DNA of 64,000 nucleotides from the NCBI GenBank assembly GCA_965216755.1, contig CBDCGL010000011.1, forward strand, positions 1,984,001 through 2,048,000, written 5' to 3'. Made by a program: the position numbers and the translations under genes. Shown one piece after another: positions 1 through 10,485 of the stretch (position 1 is the stretch's first letter; every line of letters starts with the position of its first letter). The notes beneath the pieces are model-generated. The model saw only the letters and a program-made list of their open reading frames with translations. It made no database searches and was not told the origin of the DNA. The stretch is from Alphaproteobacteria bacterium. Lineage in GTDB: Bacteria > Pseudomonadota > Alphaproteobacteria > UBA7887.

Positions 1-344
1 ATGTCCAAGAAGACCGCCATCGCCGCGAGTTTCTGGTGGAAGCCCACCAACGCTTGATCGGACCCTTCACCGGATTGGTCCTGGTCCTTCTGGCGCTGGC
101 AACAATGCTGTCTGGTGAATTCAATCGCCGCGGACACGGCAAACGACTTGCAATTGCGGTTGGTTTGGGCGTTGTATTTCAGATGTTTACGTTCGGACTT
201 GCAAACGTCATCGTAAGAATCCCCGAATTGGTGCCGTCTATGTATGTCAGCTTGGCCGCGGTCGGCTTGTGTGCGCTCTATGTGTTGGTTGAAGATCCTT
301 TTCGACCACGCTCACTCGCCCCAACGCAACGCCAACAACGCTAG
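1..344 (+). CDS. lptF: LPS export ABC permease LptF, 3' part (starts before window)
   Basis: Frame is open from nt 3 (VQEDRHRREFLVEAHQRLIGP...GEFNRRG). Hydrophobic C-terminal helices; lies directly before lptG and lptD. Confidence 0.8.
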   Translation, partial: VQEDRHRREFLVEAHQRLIGPFTGLVLVLLALATMLSGEFNRRGHGKRLAIAVGLGVVFQMFTFGLANVIVRIPELVPSMYVSLAAVGLCALYVLVEDPFRPRSLAPTQRQQR

Positions 345-345
345 G

Positions 346-1446
346 ATGTTCATGCGCGCGTCGCTAACACTATCCACATACATTGGCCGCCAATTCATGA
401 TCGGCATTGGCATAGCGCTGTTCGCCTTGGCCATGTTGATATTGCTTTTCGATGCTGTCGAACTGACCCGACGCGCCGCCGGTCGACCCGATGTCGGTCT
501 GACAGTCGTCGTCAAAATGGCTCTTGCCCATTTGCCCTATCTGACCCAAAGGGTCATCCCGTATGCTATTTTGGTTGGCGTCATGCTGGCGCTGGCGCGC
601 CTGACTCGGACACACGAGTTGGTGGTTGTTCGAGCTGCCGGGGTTTCCGTGTGGCAGTTTCTGTTTCCCGGTTTGGCCTTGGCATTCGCGATTGGTCTGT
701 TCGTGACCACCATCTTCAACCCGATCGCATCGGCTCTATTGGCGCAATTTGAACAACTCGACGCGAAATATCTTCGTGGCCAAGTCACCAATTTGGCCGT
801 GTCGTCATCGGGTTTGTGGCTTAGACAGTCCAACCCGACAGGCGAATCGGTCATACACGCGTCGCGAATATCCCAACCTGGCCTTGTTCTGCACGACGTG
901 ATTATTCTGAATTTCGCCAATCGCGACGAATTTGTTGGCCGCATTGATGCCGACCAAGCTGCCCTTCAAAATGGTCGTTGGATGTTGACCAACGCTCTCG
1001 TGACCGGTCCAGAGCGACTCGGTGAGCGCCGCGAGACCCTTTATTTCGAGACCAATCTGACGATTAATCAAATCCAAGACAGTTTTGCGTCGCCCGAAAC
1101 CATGTCCTTTTGGCAACTCCCGGCGTTCATCGCGCTCCTCGAACGCGCTGGATTTTCCTCGCTAAAGCACCGCGTTCATTTATATACCGTGCTGGCCGAA
1201 CCAGCGTTGCACGTCGGTATGGTTCTCATCGCGGCTGCGTTCTCGCTGCGCATGACTCGTCGCGGTGGCGTCGGTTTGCTCATGGCGCTCGGGATCGGCC
1301 TCGGTTTTTTGATATATGTATTTTCCGATGTCGTTTTGGCACTTGGATTGTCAGCCAATCTTCCCGCCCTTCTCGCCGGTGTTGCGCCAGCCGCCTTAAC
1401 CATCGTAACCGGAGCAGCGTTGCTGCTGTACCTTGAGGATAGTTAG
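346..1446 (+). CDS. lptG: LPS export ABC permease LptG
   Basis: YjgP/Q pattern (TLSTYIGRQF, L..THELVVVRAAGVSVWQF, SFWQLP.FI..LE.AG). ATG at 346 follows the lptF stop. Confidence 0.9.
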   Translation: MFMRASLTLSTYIGRQFMIGIGIALFALAMLILLFDAVELTRRAAGRPDVGLTVVVKMALAHLPYLTQRVIPYAILVGVMLALARLTRTHELVVVRAAGVSVWQFLFPGLALAFAIGLFVTTIFNPIASALLAQFEQLDAKYLRGQVTNLAVSSSGLWLRQSNPTGESVIHASRISQPGLVLHDVIILNFANRDEFVGRIDADQAALQNGRWMLTNALVTGPERLGERRETLYFETNLTINQIQDSFASPETMSFWQLPAFIALLERAGFSSLKHRVHLYTVLAEPALHVGMVLIAAAFSLRMTRRGGVGLLMALGIGLGFLIYVFSDVVLALGLSANLPALLAGVAPAALTIVTGAALLLYLEDS

Positions 1447-1452
1447 TCGCCT

Positions 1453-3660
1453 ATGACGCCAAACCGTCCTTGTGCGTTCGGACGCCTGCCCGACGCGCGG
1501 TTCCAGGTTTGGCCGCCGTTTGTGATCCTGGTCCTGGGATTGCTCACATTCGCGCTGCCAGCCGCGGCGCAACGCCAGACCGCACCCTCTGCCGCGACCC
1601 CAGACGACGTACTGCTGATCGCCGACGAGATCGCCTATGACGAACGCCTTGCGATCGCCACGGCGCGCGGCGATGTCGAGTTAAGCCGGGGCCTGCGCGT
1701 TCTCCGCGCGGACACTATGTCGTACAATCAGCGCGCTGATGTTGTCACGGCTTCAGGCAACGTCGCGCTGCTTGAGGAAACCGGGGATGTCATATTTGCA
1801 GATTATTTCGAGCTGACCGGAGATCTCAAAAGCGGCGCGATCGACCAACTGCGGATACTACTTTCAGACGACTCGCGATTTGCTGCCAGCGGCGGGCGCA
1901 TGACCGCCGATGGACGAACCGATTTGGCGAAAGCGGTCTATAGCCCGTGCAAACTGTGTGAAGACGACCCGACCGCCCCGCCCTTGTGGCAGCTCAAGGC
2001 ATACCGCATCACCCACGACAAAGAATTAAAGATGGTGTTTTACCGTGATGCCTTCCTGGAAGTGTTCGGCATACCGGTCGCCTATTTTCCGTTCTTCAGC
2101 CACCCCGATCCAACGGTCAAGCGCAAAACCGGCTTTCTTCTGCCGACAATCGGGACAGATTCGACGCTCGGACAGCTTTACAAGCAACCGTACTTCTTCA
2201 ACATTTCGGATAGTCAGGACGCCACGATTGCACCGATTATCACGACCAACGAAGGCACCATTCTCACCGGACAATACCGTGAAGCAACCGAAGCCGGCGC
2301 CTATCGGATCGACGGCAGCGTCACCCGCGACGAAAGAGCAATCGATGATCCAAAAACGAGCGAGCGCACACGCGGCCACCTGGAAGCCGAAGGCGAGTTC
2401 CGTTGGGGACCGCACTGGTTATACGGATTTGACGTGGGACGCGCGACCGATGCCACATATCTCGGCCGCTATGGTTTCCAAAGGGGTCGCGACTCGCTGA
2501 CGTCGCGCATCTATCTGGACGGGACTCGTCAACGCACCTTTACGTCTGCCAATGCATATGCGTTCCAAAGCCTCGATCCGGAAGTTGACGAGAGCCAACA
2601 ACCCTATGTCCTGCCGCTTGTCGACTTTAATTATAAGAGCGATCCAGATGCGCGATTCGGATATGTGTCACTCGATACCCAATTGCGCGTGATCGGCCGA
2701 TCTCAGGGCGCCAACAGCCGCTTGCTGTCGCTCACTGGCGGATGGCATTTGCCCGTGGTTGGACCATGGGGGAATTTGTTGGATTTCGGCGTCTCACTTC
2801 GGGGCGACATCTATCACGTAACCAACGTCCCCGACCCGCGCGGCGCGCCCGGTGCCAAATTCGATGGCTTCACAGGGCGCGTTGTTCCCCAAGCCGAGGT
2901 GGTCTGGCGCTATCCGTGGGTGCGGCCCACGTCACGTGGCCACCAAGTCATCGAACCGATTGTACAGGCTATCGTCGGCCCACATGGCGGCAACGATCCG
3001 ACCATCCCGAACGAGGACAGCTTGGCGTTCGAGTTCACCGATACAAACGTGTTTTCCAGCAATCGGTTTACCGGCGTCGACCGCGTCGAAGGCGGCCCGC
3101 GGACCAATTATGGCTTGCGTATTGCCGATGTTGGCGCTGGCGGTGGCAAGATCGAAGCGCTCATTGGTCAAACATATCGCGCCCAGACCGATGACACGTT
3201 CGAGCCCGGAACCGGCCTCAACGAAGATTTCTCGGATTTCGTCGGCCGTGTGACAGTCGCGCCAAACAAGTATCTCGACGCAAGTTACCGGTTTCGCATC
3301 GACAAGGAAAATCTAGCCGTTAGGCGCGGCTCCGTGTCCTTGTCGGCGGGACCCGCGTGGTTCAAAGTGAACGTCAACTATAGCCAACTCAACGACGAAC
3401 CGACCTCGGGCGTGCCGCGCAACTTGGAGCAAGTCAACGTCTCCGGCCTTCTGAAACTTGGTGACAACTGGTCCTTCTCGGCCCGCCACGAGCGCGATTT
3501 GACCTCTGGTGGCGGGAGTCTGTATACCGGATTTGGAATCGCATACGAAAACGAATGCGTGCTTGTGCGAACGCGCTACGATCGCAACTTCACGCGCGAT
3601 TTCGATATCGAAGACAACACGTCGTTTATCATCGAGGTGCAACTTCGCAATCTTGGCTGA
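1453..3660 (+). CDS. lptD: LPS assembly outer-membrane protein LptD
   Basis: N-terminal OstA-like domain, YSPCKLC, PDPTVKRKTGFLLP, C-terminal YENEC; 735 aa; synteny. Confidence 0.92.
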   Translation: MTPNRPCAFGRLPDARFQVWPPFVILVLGLLTFALPAAAQRQTAPSAATPDDVLLIADEIAYDERLAIATARGDVELSRGLRVLRADTMSYNQRADVVTASGNVALLEETGDVIFADYFELTGDLKSGAIDQLRILLSDDSRFAASGGRMTADGRTDLAKAVYSPCKLCEDDPTAPPLWQLKAYRITHDKELKMVFYRDAFLEVFGIPVAYFPFFSHPDPTVKRKTGFLLPTIGTDSTLGQLYKQPYFFNISDSQDATIAPIITTNEGTILTGQYREATEAGAYRIDGSVTRDERAIDDPKTSERTRGHLEAEGEFRWGPHWLYGFDVGRATDATYLGRYGFQRGRDSLTSRIYLDGTRQRTFTSANAYAFQSLDPEVDESQQPYVLPLVDFNYKSDPDARFGYVSLDTQLRVIGRSQGANSRLLSLTGGWHLPVVGPWGNLLDFGVSLRGDIYHVTNVPDPRGAPGAKFDGFTGRVVPQAEVVWRYPWVRPTSRGHQVIEPIVQAIVGPHGGNDPTIPNEDSLAFEFTDTNVFSSNRFTGVDRVEGGPRTNYGLRIADVGAGGGKIEALIGQTYRAQTDDTFEPGTGLNEDFSDFVGRVTVAPNKYLDASYRFRIDKENLAVRRGSVSLSAGPAWFKVNVNYSQLNDEPTSGVPRNLEQVNVSGLLKLGDNWSFSARHERDLTSGGGSLYTGFGIAYENECVLVRTRYDRNFTRDFDIEDNTSFIIEVQLRNLG

Positions 3661-3782
3661 AGTTACCGCGCTTTTTGTCACACGCTCAGACGAAAGAATG
3701 ATGTGGACCGTTGCGGGCATGCCACGGACTGCATAATTTTGGCGTCGTACTTGCAAATCTGGGCAAATTGGGTCGCATTCGA

Positions 3783-5066
3783 ATGAAACGAAATCAGATA
3801 TTTGCCACCAGGCGCCTGACCACGGTGATTGCATGCTTGGCATCGCTGGCTCTGACAGCACCATCGAACGCGCAAGATCTCGTGCGGATCGCCGCAGTCG
3901 TCAACGACGACGTCATATCCGTCCTAGATATGAACGCGCGCATCAACATGGCACTTGCAACCGCCGGCCTGCAGGGTACGCAGGACATGCGCCGCCAGCT
4001 TGCCGCGCCGGTACTGCGCGCGTTGGTCGACGAGAAGCTTCAGTTGCAGGAGGCAGAAAGGCAAGGCGTCACAATCTCAGAAACCGAGCTGAATGATGCA
4101 CTTGCCGCGGTTGAACGCCAAAACGGGCTTGATGCCGGTGGCTTGGACGCCTATTTGGGCCGCCTTGGCGTTCCCGTTTCAACACTGGTCGAGCAATTGC
4201 GGGCACAACTCTCTTGGTCGAAATTCATCAGCCAACGACTGCGACCGACGGTTATCGTTTCAAACGAAGAGATCGAGGAAGAGTTGGCGCAACTCAAGGC
4301 AAGCGAAGGCAAACCTGAGTATCTGATCTCGGAAATCGATCTTTATGTCGACAACCAGTCCGACGAGGCGGAAGTCCTGAAGACAGCCAATCGCCTGGTC
4401 CAGCAGTTGCGTGAGGGCGGCAATTTCAGAGCCATCGCGCAGCAGTTCAGCCAGGGATCTATGGCGTCACGGGGCGGTGATGTCGGCTGGATCCAAATCG
4501 GACAGCTCCGCGGAGAGATCGATGAGGCCTTACAGAAACTTGATATTGGGGAGTTCGCGGGGCCAATCCGATCGCTCGAAGGTTTTCACATCATCCACCT
4601 TCGCGACCGTCGTCAAGTCGCCGGCGCAAGCGCCAACGACGCACGGGTCAGGTTGGCCCAAGTCTTGCTGCCGCGGCCGCAGCCGGATACACCTGATACG
4701 CTGGCGGTCCAGGTCGAACTTGCACGCACGGTCAGCGAGACAGTCGACGGCTGTCCTGATATGGATCGCGTCGCCGAAGAATTGAGTGCGCCGTCATCAG
4801 GCGATATTGGCTGGCTGCGCGTTGACGATTTGCCCGTTTCGATGCGCACGGAAGTTGCCAACGCGGCGATCGGTAAACCGACCGAACCGATCACCACCGA
4901 CGCCGGTGTTCATGTGTTGATGGTGTGCGAACGCGAAGACTCGGTCGGCATCGACGCCCAGCGCCAGACCATTTATGACAGGCTCGAGACGCAGCGGCTT
5001 GAAGTGATTGCGCGACGTTTGTTGCGTGACTTGCGCCGGGTGGCCTTTGTCGACTTGCGCGTCTAG
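3783..5066 (+). CDS. surA: SurA-like periplasmic peptidyl-prolyl isomerase chaperone
   Basis: RIAAVVNDDVIS, parvulin motifs (F..IAQQFSQ, GGDVGW, GFHII); signal peptide; follows lptD. Confidence 0.88.
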   Translation: MKRNQIFATRRLTTVIACLASLALTAPSNAQDLVRIAAVVNDDVISVLDMNARINMALATAGLQGTQDMRRQLAAPVLRALVDEKLQLQEAERQGVTISETELNDALAAVERQNGLDAGGLDAYLGRLGVPVSTLVEQLRAQLSWSKFISQRLRPTVIVSNEEIEEELAQLKASEGKPEYLISEIDLYVDNQSDEAEVLKTANRLVQQLREGGNFRAIAQQFSQGSMASRGGDVGWIQIGQLRGEIDEALQKLDIGEFAGPIRSLEGFHIIHLRDRRQVAGASANDARVRLAQVLLPRPQPDTPDTLAVQVELARTVSETVDGCPDMDRVAEELSAPSSGDIGWLRVDDLPVSMRTEVANAAIGKPTEPITTDAGVHVLMVCEREDSVGIDAQRQTIYDRLETQRLEVIARRLLRDLRRVAFVDLRV

Positions 5067-5114
5067 AGCCCTTTCGGACAATATGGAGTCGATTCTGTTT
5101 GCGACGCTGGCCGC

Positions 5115-5990
5115 GTGAAGAACGTGCGACGGCACGCATTTACCTGCGACACGCTGCCGCCGTTACGCGACATTATCGCCGAATATGGCATCGATGCACG
5201 CAAGGACCTGGGCCAGCATTTCTTGCTCGACCCCAATCTGACACGTCGCATCGTGCGCGCGGCTGGTGACCTCAACGACGTCACCGTCATCGAGATTGGC
5301 CCGGGCCCAGGCGGCTTGACGCGTGCGTTACTTGAGTCCGACGCCAAAGAGGTGGTCGCGGTTGAGCGCGACCGACGTTGCCTCGACGCCCTGGCCTCGC
5401 TTGTCGAAGCGGCTGATGGCCGGCTCCATTTGATCGAAGGTGACGCCCGTCGAGTCAACATTGTGGCGGCGACAACGGCTCCGCGTTGCATCGTCGCCAA
5501 TCTGCCGTACAACATTGCGACCTTCTTGTTGATTGGCTGGCTGTCGCATGTTGCTGACTTTCGACAGTTCACCATCATGGTGCAGCGCGAGGTCGGCGCG
5601 CGCATCGCGGCGACACCAACGACGCGCCACTACGGACGAATCAGCGTCTTGGCGCAATGGCTGTGCAATGTCTCGTCCTTGTTCGACGTGTCACCCAAAG
5701 CGTTCACACCGCCGCCCAAAGTGACGTCTCAGGTGGTCCGTCTCGTGCCACGGCCGGCGCCGTTGTTTCCGGCCTCGCAATATTGGCTCGAGCGCGTCAC
5801 CAAAGCCGCTTTTGGGCAGCGTCGCAAGATGCTCCGCGCAAGTCTTAAGACCATATGCCCCAAGCCGTCACCGCTGCTTGAAAAGATCGGCATTCGGGAA
5901 ACAGCACGCGCCGAAGAATTGACAATCGCCGATTATTGCAAGTTGGCGCGAAGCTTCGAGGCGCGCGCTTCCAATCCCAATATCAAGTGA
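5115..5990 (+). CDS. rsmA: 16S rRNA adenine dimethyltransferase
   Basis: LGQHFLLD, VIEIGPGPGGLT, VANLPYNI, AFGQRRKMLR. Confidence 0.95.
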   Translation: MKNVRRHAFTCDTLPPLRDIIAEYGIDARKDLGQHFLLDPNLTRRIVRAAGDLNDVTVIEIGPGPGGLTRALLESDAKEVVAVERDRRCLDALASLVEAADGRLHLIEGDARRVNIVAATTAPRCIVANLPYNIATFLLIGWLSHVADFRQFTIMVQREVGARIAATPTTRHYGRISVLAQWLCNVSSLFDVSPKAFTPPPKVTSQVVRLVPRPAPLFPASQYWLERVTKAAFGQRRKMLRASLKTICPKPSPLLEKIGIRETARAEELTIADYCKLARSFEARASNPNIK

Positions 5991-6654
5991 TTTGGCCAGT
6001 AGCCCCGGCGAGCAAGGTCTCGACGAAGCGATTGAGCCCGGTGCGACGATCCCGGCGTAACCGCTCCGCCGCCAAAACAGCCCTCACACTCGCCACCGAT
6101 CGATCGAGGTCGTCATTAACGATGACATAGTCATACTCCGCCCAATGGGTCATCTCGTCGGCCGCTTTGGCCATACGCGCGATGACAACGTCCTCGCTGT
6201 CCTGGGCACGCGCTGTTAGGCGGCGCCGCAGCTCTGCTGTACTCGGCGGAAGAACAAAGACTTTGACAACATCTCCGCGCATTTTTTCAACCACCTGTTG
6301 CGCGCCCTGCCAATCAATGTCGAACAAAATATCTCGGCCGTCTTCAAGGGCGCGTTCCACTGGTCCGCGCGGCGTGCCATAGGCGTTGTCAAACACCTTT
6401 GCGTGCTCCAAGAACGCGTCGTTTTGCACCATGGCATCGAAAGCTGGCTTGTCGACGAAGATATAATCCTTGCCGTCCACCTCCCCTGGGCGCTTTGGCC
6501 GGGTCGTAACCGAAACTGACATCCAGAGCCCATCGTCGTCATCCAGCAATGCGCGCGAAATGCTCGTCTTCCCCGCCCCCGATGGTGACGACAGAACCAA
6601 CATCAAGCCGCGTCGTTGATCATATCCGGCGTCAACTTTCGCTTTGCGTGTCAC
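5983..6654 (-). CDS. gmk: Guanylate kinase
   Basis: SSPSGAGKTS, SVTTRPKRPGEVDGKDY, DIDWQGA. Confidence 0.96.
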   Translation of the reverse strand: MTRKAKVDAGYDQRRGLMLVLSSPSGAGKTSISRALLDDDDGLWMSVSVTTRPKRPGEVDGKDYIFVDKPAFDAMVQNDAFLEHAKVFDNAYGTPRGPVERALEDGRDILFDIDWQGAQQVVEKMRGDVVKVFVLPPSTAELRRRLTARAQDSEDVVIARMAKAADEMTHWAEYDYVIVNDDLDRSVASVRAVLAAERLRRDRRTGLNRFVETLLAGATGQIT

Positions 6655-6681
6655 CCGACCGTGTCTCCCTGGGGCTCACAA

Positions 6682-7593
6682 TCATTCAATATTTTGAATT
6701 TGCTCGCGCAATTGTTCCACTGAGGCCTTCAAAGACAGCCCAATCCGCGTCAACGCAACATCAGCCGCCTTTGAACACAAGGTATTCGCCTCGCGGTTCA
6801 GCTCTTGGCACAAAAAATCGCAGCGGCGGCCGATTGCACCCCCATCCCGGAGGAGTTCCCGGGCGCCCGCGATATGTGCGCGTAACCGATCAAGTTCCTC
6901 GCGCACGTCGGCTTTGGATGCCAGCAGAGCCGCTTCTTGGGCAAGCCTATCTTCTGGCAAGGCGGGTGACGCCTGCAGCAGTTCCTCGACCTGCCGTTTC
7001 AGTCTCTGGCGCAGAGCCGCCGGCTGCACGGACGCCACGTTGACGGCTTTCTCCACCAATGCCTCGATTTCGCCGAGTAGTGTGTCGACCAGCGCGGCTA
7101 CGCGCGCGCCTTCGCCGCGACGTGCGGCGGCCAAGTTGTCCAATGCGGTGTCCAGCGCGCGCCGCATGGCGACTTCGCGAGCCTCTAGGTCGGCCTCGGA
7201 CTCCTCGAAATCGCCAAGCATGCCAGGCAATGTCAAAAGCCCATCCAGACGCGGCGCGTCGACCACGCCATCTGCGGCCAGGCGCTTGGCCAGGACCAAG
7301 ACCTGACCGAGCATCGCTTGATTGACCTGCAAACCGTCGCCGGCCGCCGCACGCTTACCGTGCAACGCGATCGTCACATGGCCACGGCGAAAACGGCTTG
7401 TGACCGCTTCGCGCGCCGCCGCTTCGATCCATTCATAGCCACTCGGAAAGCGACAGCGCGTGTCAAGATTGCGTCCATTGACACTCTTGACTTCCCAAAT
7501 CCAATCATACGCACCGATTTGGATCTGGTGACGCGCGAAGCCTGTCATGCTATTGACTGTCACAGCTACGCTCTCCGCTGATGCCCGCGACAT
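6682..7593 (-). CDS. yicC: YicC/YloC family endoribonuclease
   Basis: SMTGFAR, KSVNGRNLD, EELDRL.AH, GRRCDFLCQELNREANT.CSK, REQIQNIE. Confidence 0.93.
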   Translation of the reverse strand: MSRASAESVAVTVNSMTGFARHQIQIGAYDWIWEVKSVNGRNLDTRCRFPSGYEWIEAAAREAVTSRFRRGHVTIALHGKRAAAGDGLQVNQAMLGQVLVLAKRLAADGVVDAPRLDGLLTLPGMLGDFEESEADLEAREVAMRRALDTALDNLAAARRGEGARVAALVDTLLGEIEALVEKAVNVASVQPAALRQRLKRQVEELLQASPALPEDRLAQEAALLASKADVREELDRLRAHIAGARELLRDGGAIGRRCDFLCQELNREANTLCSKAADVALTRIGLSLKASVEQLREQIQNIE

Positions 7594-7612
7594 GTTCCGT
7601 CATAGGCCATGA

Positions 7613-8701
7613 TCACGGCTCCACGACGACCTCAGCATCGGTGCCGGGGGTTCCATCTTGGCCGGCCGCAGTTCGCGCGGCGCCTGGCTCGACTGCGCCG
7701 CCCGGGGATGCGTTTTGCCGGGCGCGCGCCTGTTTTTTTGCCTTGCGCCAAGCTGCCACATTCCTGTTATGGCCGCGCAGCGTCTCAGCAAACGCATGCC
7801 CACCTTGGCCATTTGCGACGAAATAGAGATCTTTGGTCACAAGCGGGGCAATCACAGCCGCAAGCGCGTCGCGGCCCGGATTTGCTATCGGCCCCGGAGG
7901 CAGACCGGTGACTTGGTACGTATTGAACGGTGATGCGACCTTTAAGTCGGCTTGCGTGAGCGGTCGATCAAGTGGCCCAAGACCATTGGTCAAGGCGTAA
8001 ATCACGGTTGGATCGGACTGCAACCTCATACCGCGACCGAGTCGATTGAAAAACACACCCGCAATATGCGCGCGTTCCTCAGGTACACTTGTTTCTTTTT
8101 CCACAATCGATGCCAATACCACCACCTCGGACTTGCTTACCAAAGGATGGTCGTCGGCGCGACCATCCCATAGCGACGCAAGTGCCCTGCCAAACGCCGC
8201 CTCCATGCGGGCCACGATCTCAGCCCGACCGTCGCCCCAAGAATAATGATAGGTCTCGGGCAGCAGCGTCCCCTCCGCGGGAATGGTTTCTATGGTCCCG
8301 GTCAAGCCTTCGGCAGAATTCACCAACGCCGTCACTTGCGCTGATGTTAGCCCTTCAGGAATCGTCAAGCGCCGAACAACCGTTTCACCGGCAATCATTT
8401 TCTGCATGACTTGGTATGGGCTGCTGTGCGCGGGAATGACATATTCCCCGGCTTTCAAAGTCTGATCGCGACCATAAACATAGAACCCGAGCCGAAACCA
8501 AAATGCCCCCGAAATCACACCGGCGTCGCGAAGCTGCGCGGCGATCGACTGTACGCCAGCACCGCGCGGCAGAACGATCGACGTTTCCGCCCCAAGCGTG
8601 CCAGCGGACTTGAAACGGTCATCGAAAACCACGAAACCGAGCGCGGCAGCGGCAATCACTAGAAAGAAAAACGAAAAGAAGCCGGTTATGAATCGCGCCA
8701 T
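7613..8701 (-). CDS. mltG: Endolytic transglycosylase MltG (YceG)
   Basis: LTIPEG, EGTLLPETY, LASIVEKET, LQSDPT, NTY...GLPPGPI.NPG. Confidence 0.95.
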   Translation of the reverse strand: MARFITGFFSFFFLVIAAAALGFVVFDDRFKSAGTLGAETSIVLPRGAGVQSIAAQLRDAGVISGAFWFRLGFYVYGRDQTLKAGEYVIPAHSSPYQVMQKMIAGETVVRRLTIPEGLTSAQVTALVNSAEGLTGTIETIPAEGTLLPETYHYSWGDGRAEIVARMEAAFGRALASLWDGRADDHPLVSKSEVVVLASIVEKETSVPEERAHIAGVFFNRLGRGMRLQSDPTVIYALTNGLGPLDRPLTQADLKVASPFNTYQVTGLPPGPIANPGRDALAAVIAPLVTKDLYFVANGQGGHAFAETLRGHNRNVAAWRKAKKQARARQNASPGGAVEPGAARTAAGQDGTPGTDAEVVVEP

Positions 8702-8728
8702 TGCGGCGAGGCCAACTCCGTGCGTGTG

Positions 8729-10012
8729 TTACGAGTCGCCGTCGTCGGCGCGCAATATCAGCGACGCGTTGGTACCGCCAAAACCGAACGAATTCGATAG
8801 AGCGGCACGCACAGGCCGCGACTTCGCTTCATTGGCGACCAAATCGAGATCGCATCCTTCCGACGGGTCATCCAAATTAAGCGTCGGCGGCACGGCACCA
8901 TATACGATGGCCAAAGTCGCAAAAATCGCTTCGACGGCGCCGGCTGCGCCCAGCAAATGACCGATTGACGACTTGGTTGACGACATCGACAGTCCTTCCG
9001 CCGCATTGCCAAACAGCCGTTTCACCGCGCCCAATTCAATCTCGTCGCCCAAAGGCGTCGATGTGCCGTGCGCGTTGATGTAGTCGATATCCTCGGGCGC
9101 CATGTCTGCCCGGCGCAGCGCCGCCCGCATCGAACGAAAACCGCCGTCACCGTCCGGCGCGGGTGCGGTTATGTGATAGGCGTCACCGGAAAGCCCATAG
9201 CCCGCCACTTCTGCGTATATCCGCGCGCCCCGGCGCCGCGCGTGCTCGCGTTCTTCAAGAATCACAACGCCCGCGCCTTCTCCCATAACGAAGCCATCGC
9301 GTGCTTTGTCCCACGGTCGTGACGCTTTCTTAGGCTCATCGTTAAACGCCGTTGACAACGCCCGCGCAGCCGAAAACCCGGCAATGCTGAGCGGCGATAT
9401 AGCACTCTCGGCACCGCCGGCGACCATGACGTCGGCGTCATCCAAAGCAATCAACCGCGATGCGTCGCCAATCGCGTGGGCGCCCGTTGAACAAGCGGTA
9501 ACAACCGCATGGTTCGGACCCTTGAAGCCAAAGCGCATGGACACTTGGCCCGACGCCAAATTGATCAAACAAGATGGAATGAAGAAGGGACTGATCTTTC
9601 GAGGTCCGCGTTCATGCAAGGTGACCGCTGCTTTCTCGATGCCCGGGAGACCGCCGATTCCCGAGCCAATCAAGACACCGGTACGCTCCAAAGCAAAGCT
9701 ATCGGTCGGCCGCCAAGCCGCGTTCGCGACAGCTTCGTCGGCAGCCGCGATCGCATAGTGGATAAACGTATCCATGCGGCGCTGCTCTCGGGGTTCGATC
9801 CATCGATCCGGATCGAAATCCCCGTCGCCTGTGCCACGTGGGACCTCGCCCGCGATACGGCTGGGCATGTTGCTCGGATCGAAAGTGACAATCGGGCCAA
9901 GACCCGAATCGCCAGCAATTAGTCGATCCCAAACATGGCCAACGCCACATCCCAACGGCGATACGATGCCCAGGCCAGTTATTACAACACGTCTCATCGC
10001 ACGCGCCGCCAT
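8729..10012 (-). CDS. fabF: Beta-ketoacyl-ACP synthase II (alternative start 9997)
   Basis: RRVVITGLG, TACSTGAH, NAHGTST, KSSIGHLLGAAG, NSFGFGGTN. Confidence 0.97.
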   Translation of the reverse strand: MAARAMRRVVITGLGIVSPLGCGVGHVWDRLIAGDSGLGPIVTFDPSNMPSRIAGEVPRGTGDGDFDPDRWIEPREQRRMDTFIHYAIAAADEAVANAAWRPTDSFALERTGVLIGSGIGGLPGIEKAAVTLHERGPRKISPFFIPSCLINLASGQVSMRFGFKGPNHAVVTACSTGAHAIGDASRLIALDDADVMVAGGAESAISPLSIAGFSAARALSTAFNDEPKKASRPWDKARDGFVMGEGAGVVILEEREHARRRGARIYAEVAGYGLSGDAYHITAPAPDGDGGFRSMRAALRRADMAPEDIDYINAHGTSTPLGDEIELGAVKRLFGNAAEGLSMSSTKSSIGHLLGAAGAVEAIFATLAIVYGAVPPTLNLDDPSEGCDLDLVANEAKSRPVRAALSNSFGFGGTNASLILRADDGDS

Positions 10013-10063
10013 TCAGTTAGCGAGAACATCGCGCTGGCATCGTGCCGCGGCACCGCACGGCGA

Positions 10064-10303
10064 TTAAGCGGGCTGATGGCTCTCGATAAACGTAATCGCA
10101 TCCTTGACGCTGACGATCTTTTCCGCCGCATCATCCGGAATCTCGCAACCGAACTCCTCTTCGAATGCCATGACGAGTTCGACGGTATCCAGGCTGTCCG
10201 CGCCAAGATCGTCGATGAAGCTGGCGCCGTCGGTCACTTTTGATTCGTCGACGCCCAGATGCTCGACCACGATTTTCTTCACGCGCTCGGCAACGTCACT
10301 CAT
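10064..10303 (-). CDS. acpP: Acyl carrier protein
   Basis: [20 protein letters not shown]. Confidence 0.98.
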   Translation of the reverse strand: MSDVAERVKKIVVEHLGVDESKVTDGASFIDDLGADSLDTVELVMAFEEEFGCEIPDDAAEKIVSVKDAITFIESHQPA

Positions 10304-10485
10304 GCTTCACCCCTTCTTTGATGCCATCTTCGTAGAAATGCCCGCGGCGAAGTCCTTATATGGGACACATGCATCAACGGACCAAAAAAACATAGCGGAA
10401 CCGTCACTTGTCGACCCGAGAGGCGCCGTTCCTAGCACACTTCATAGAACCTGACTAGCCGGCGCCGACACGGTGTACACGATTG

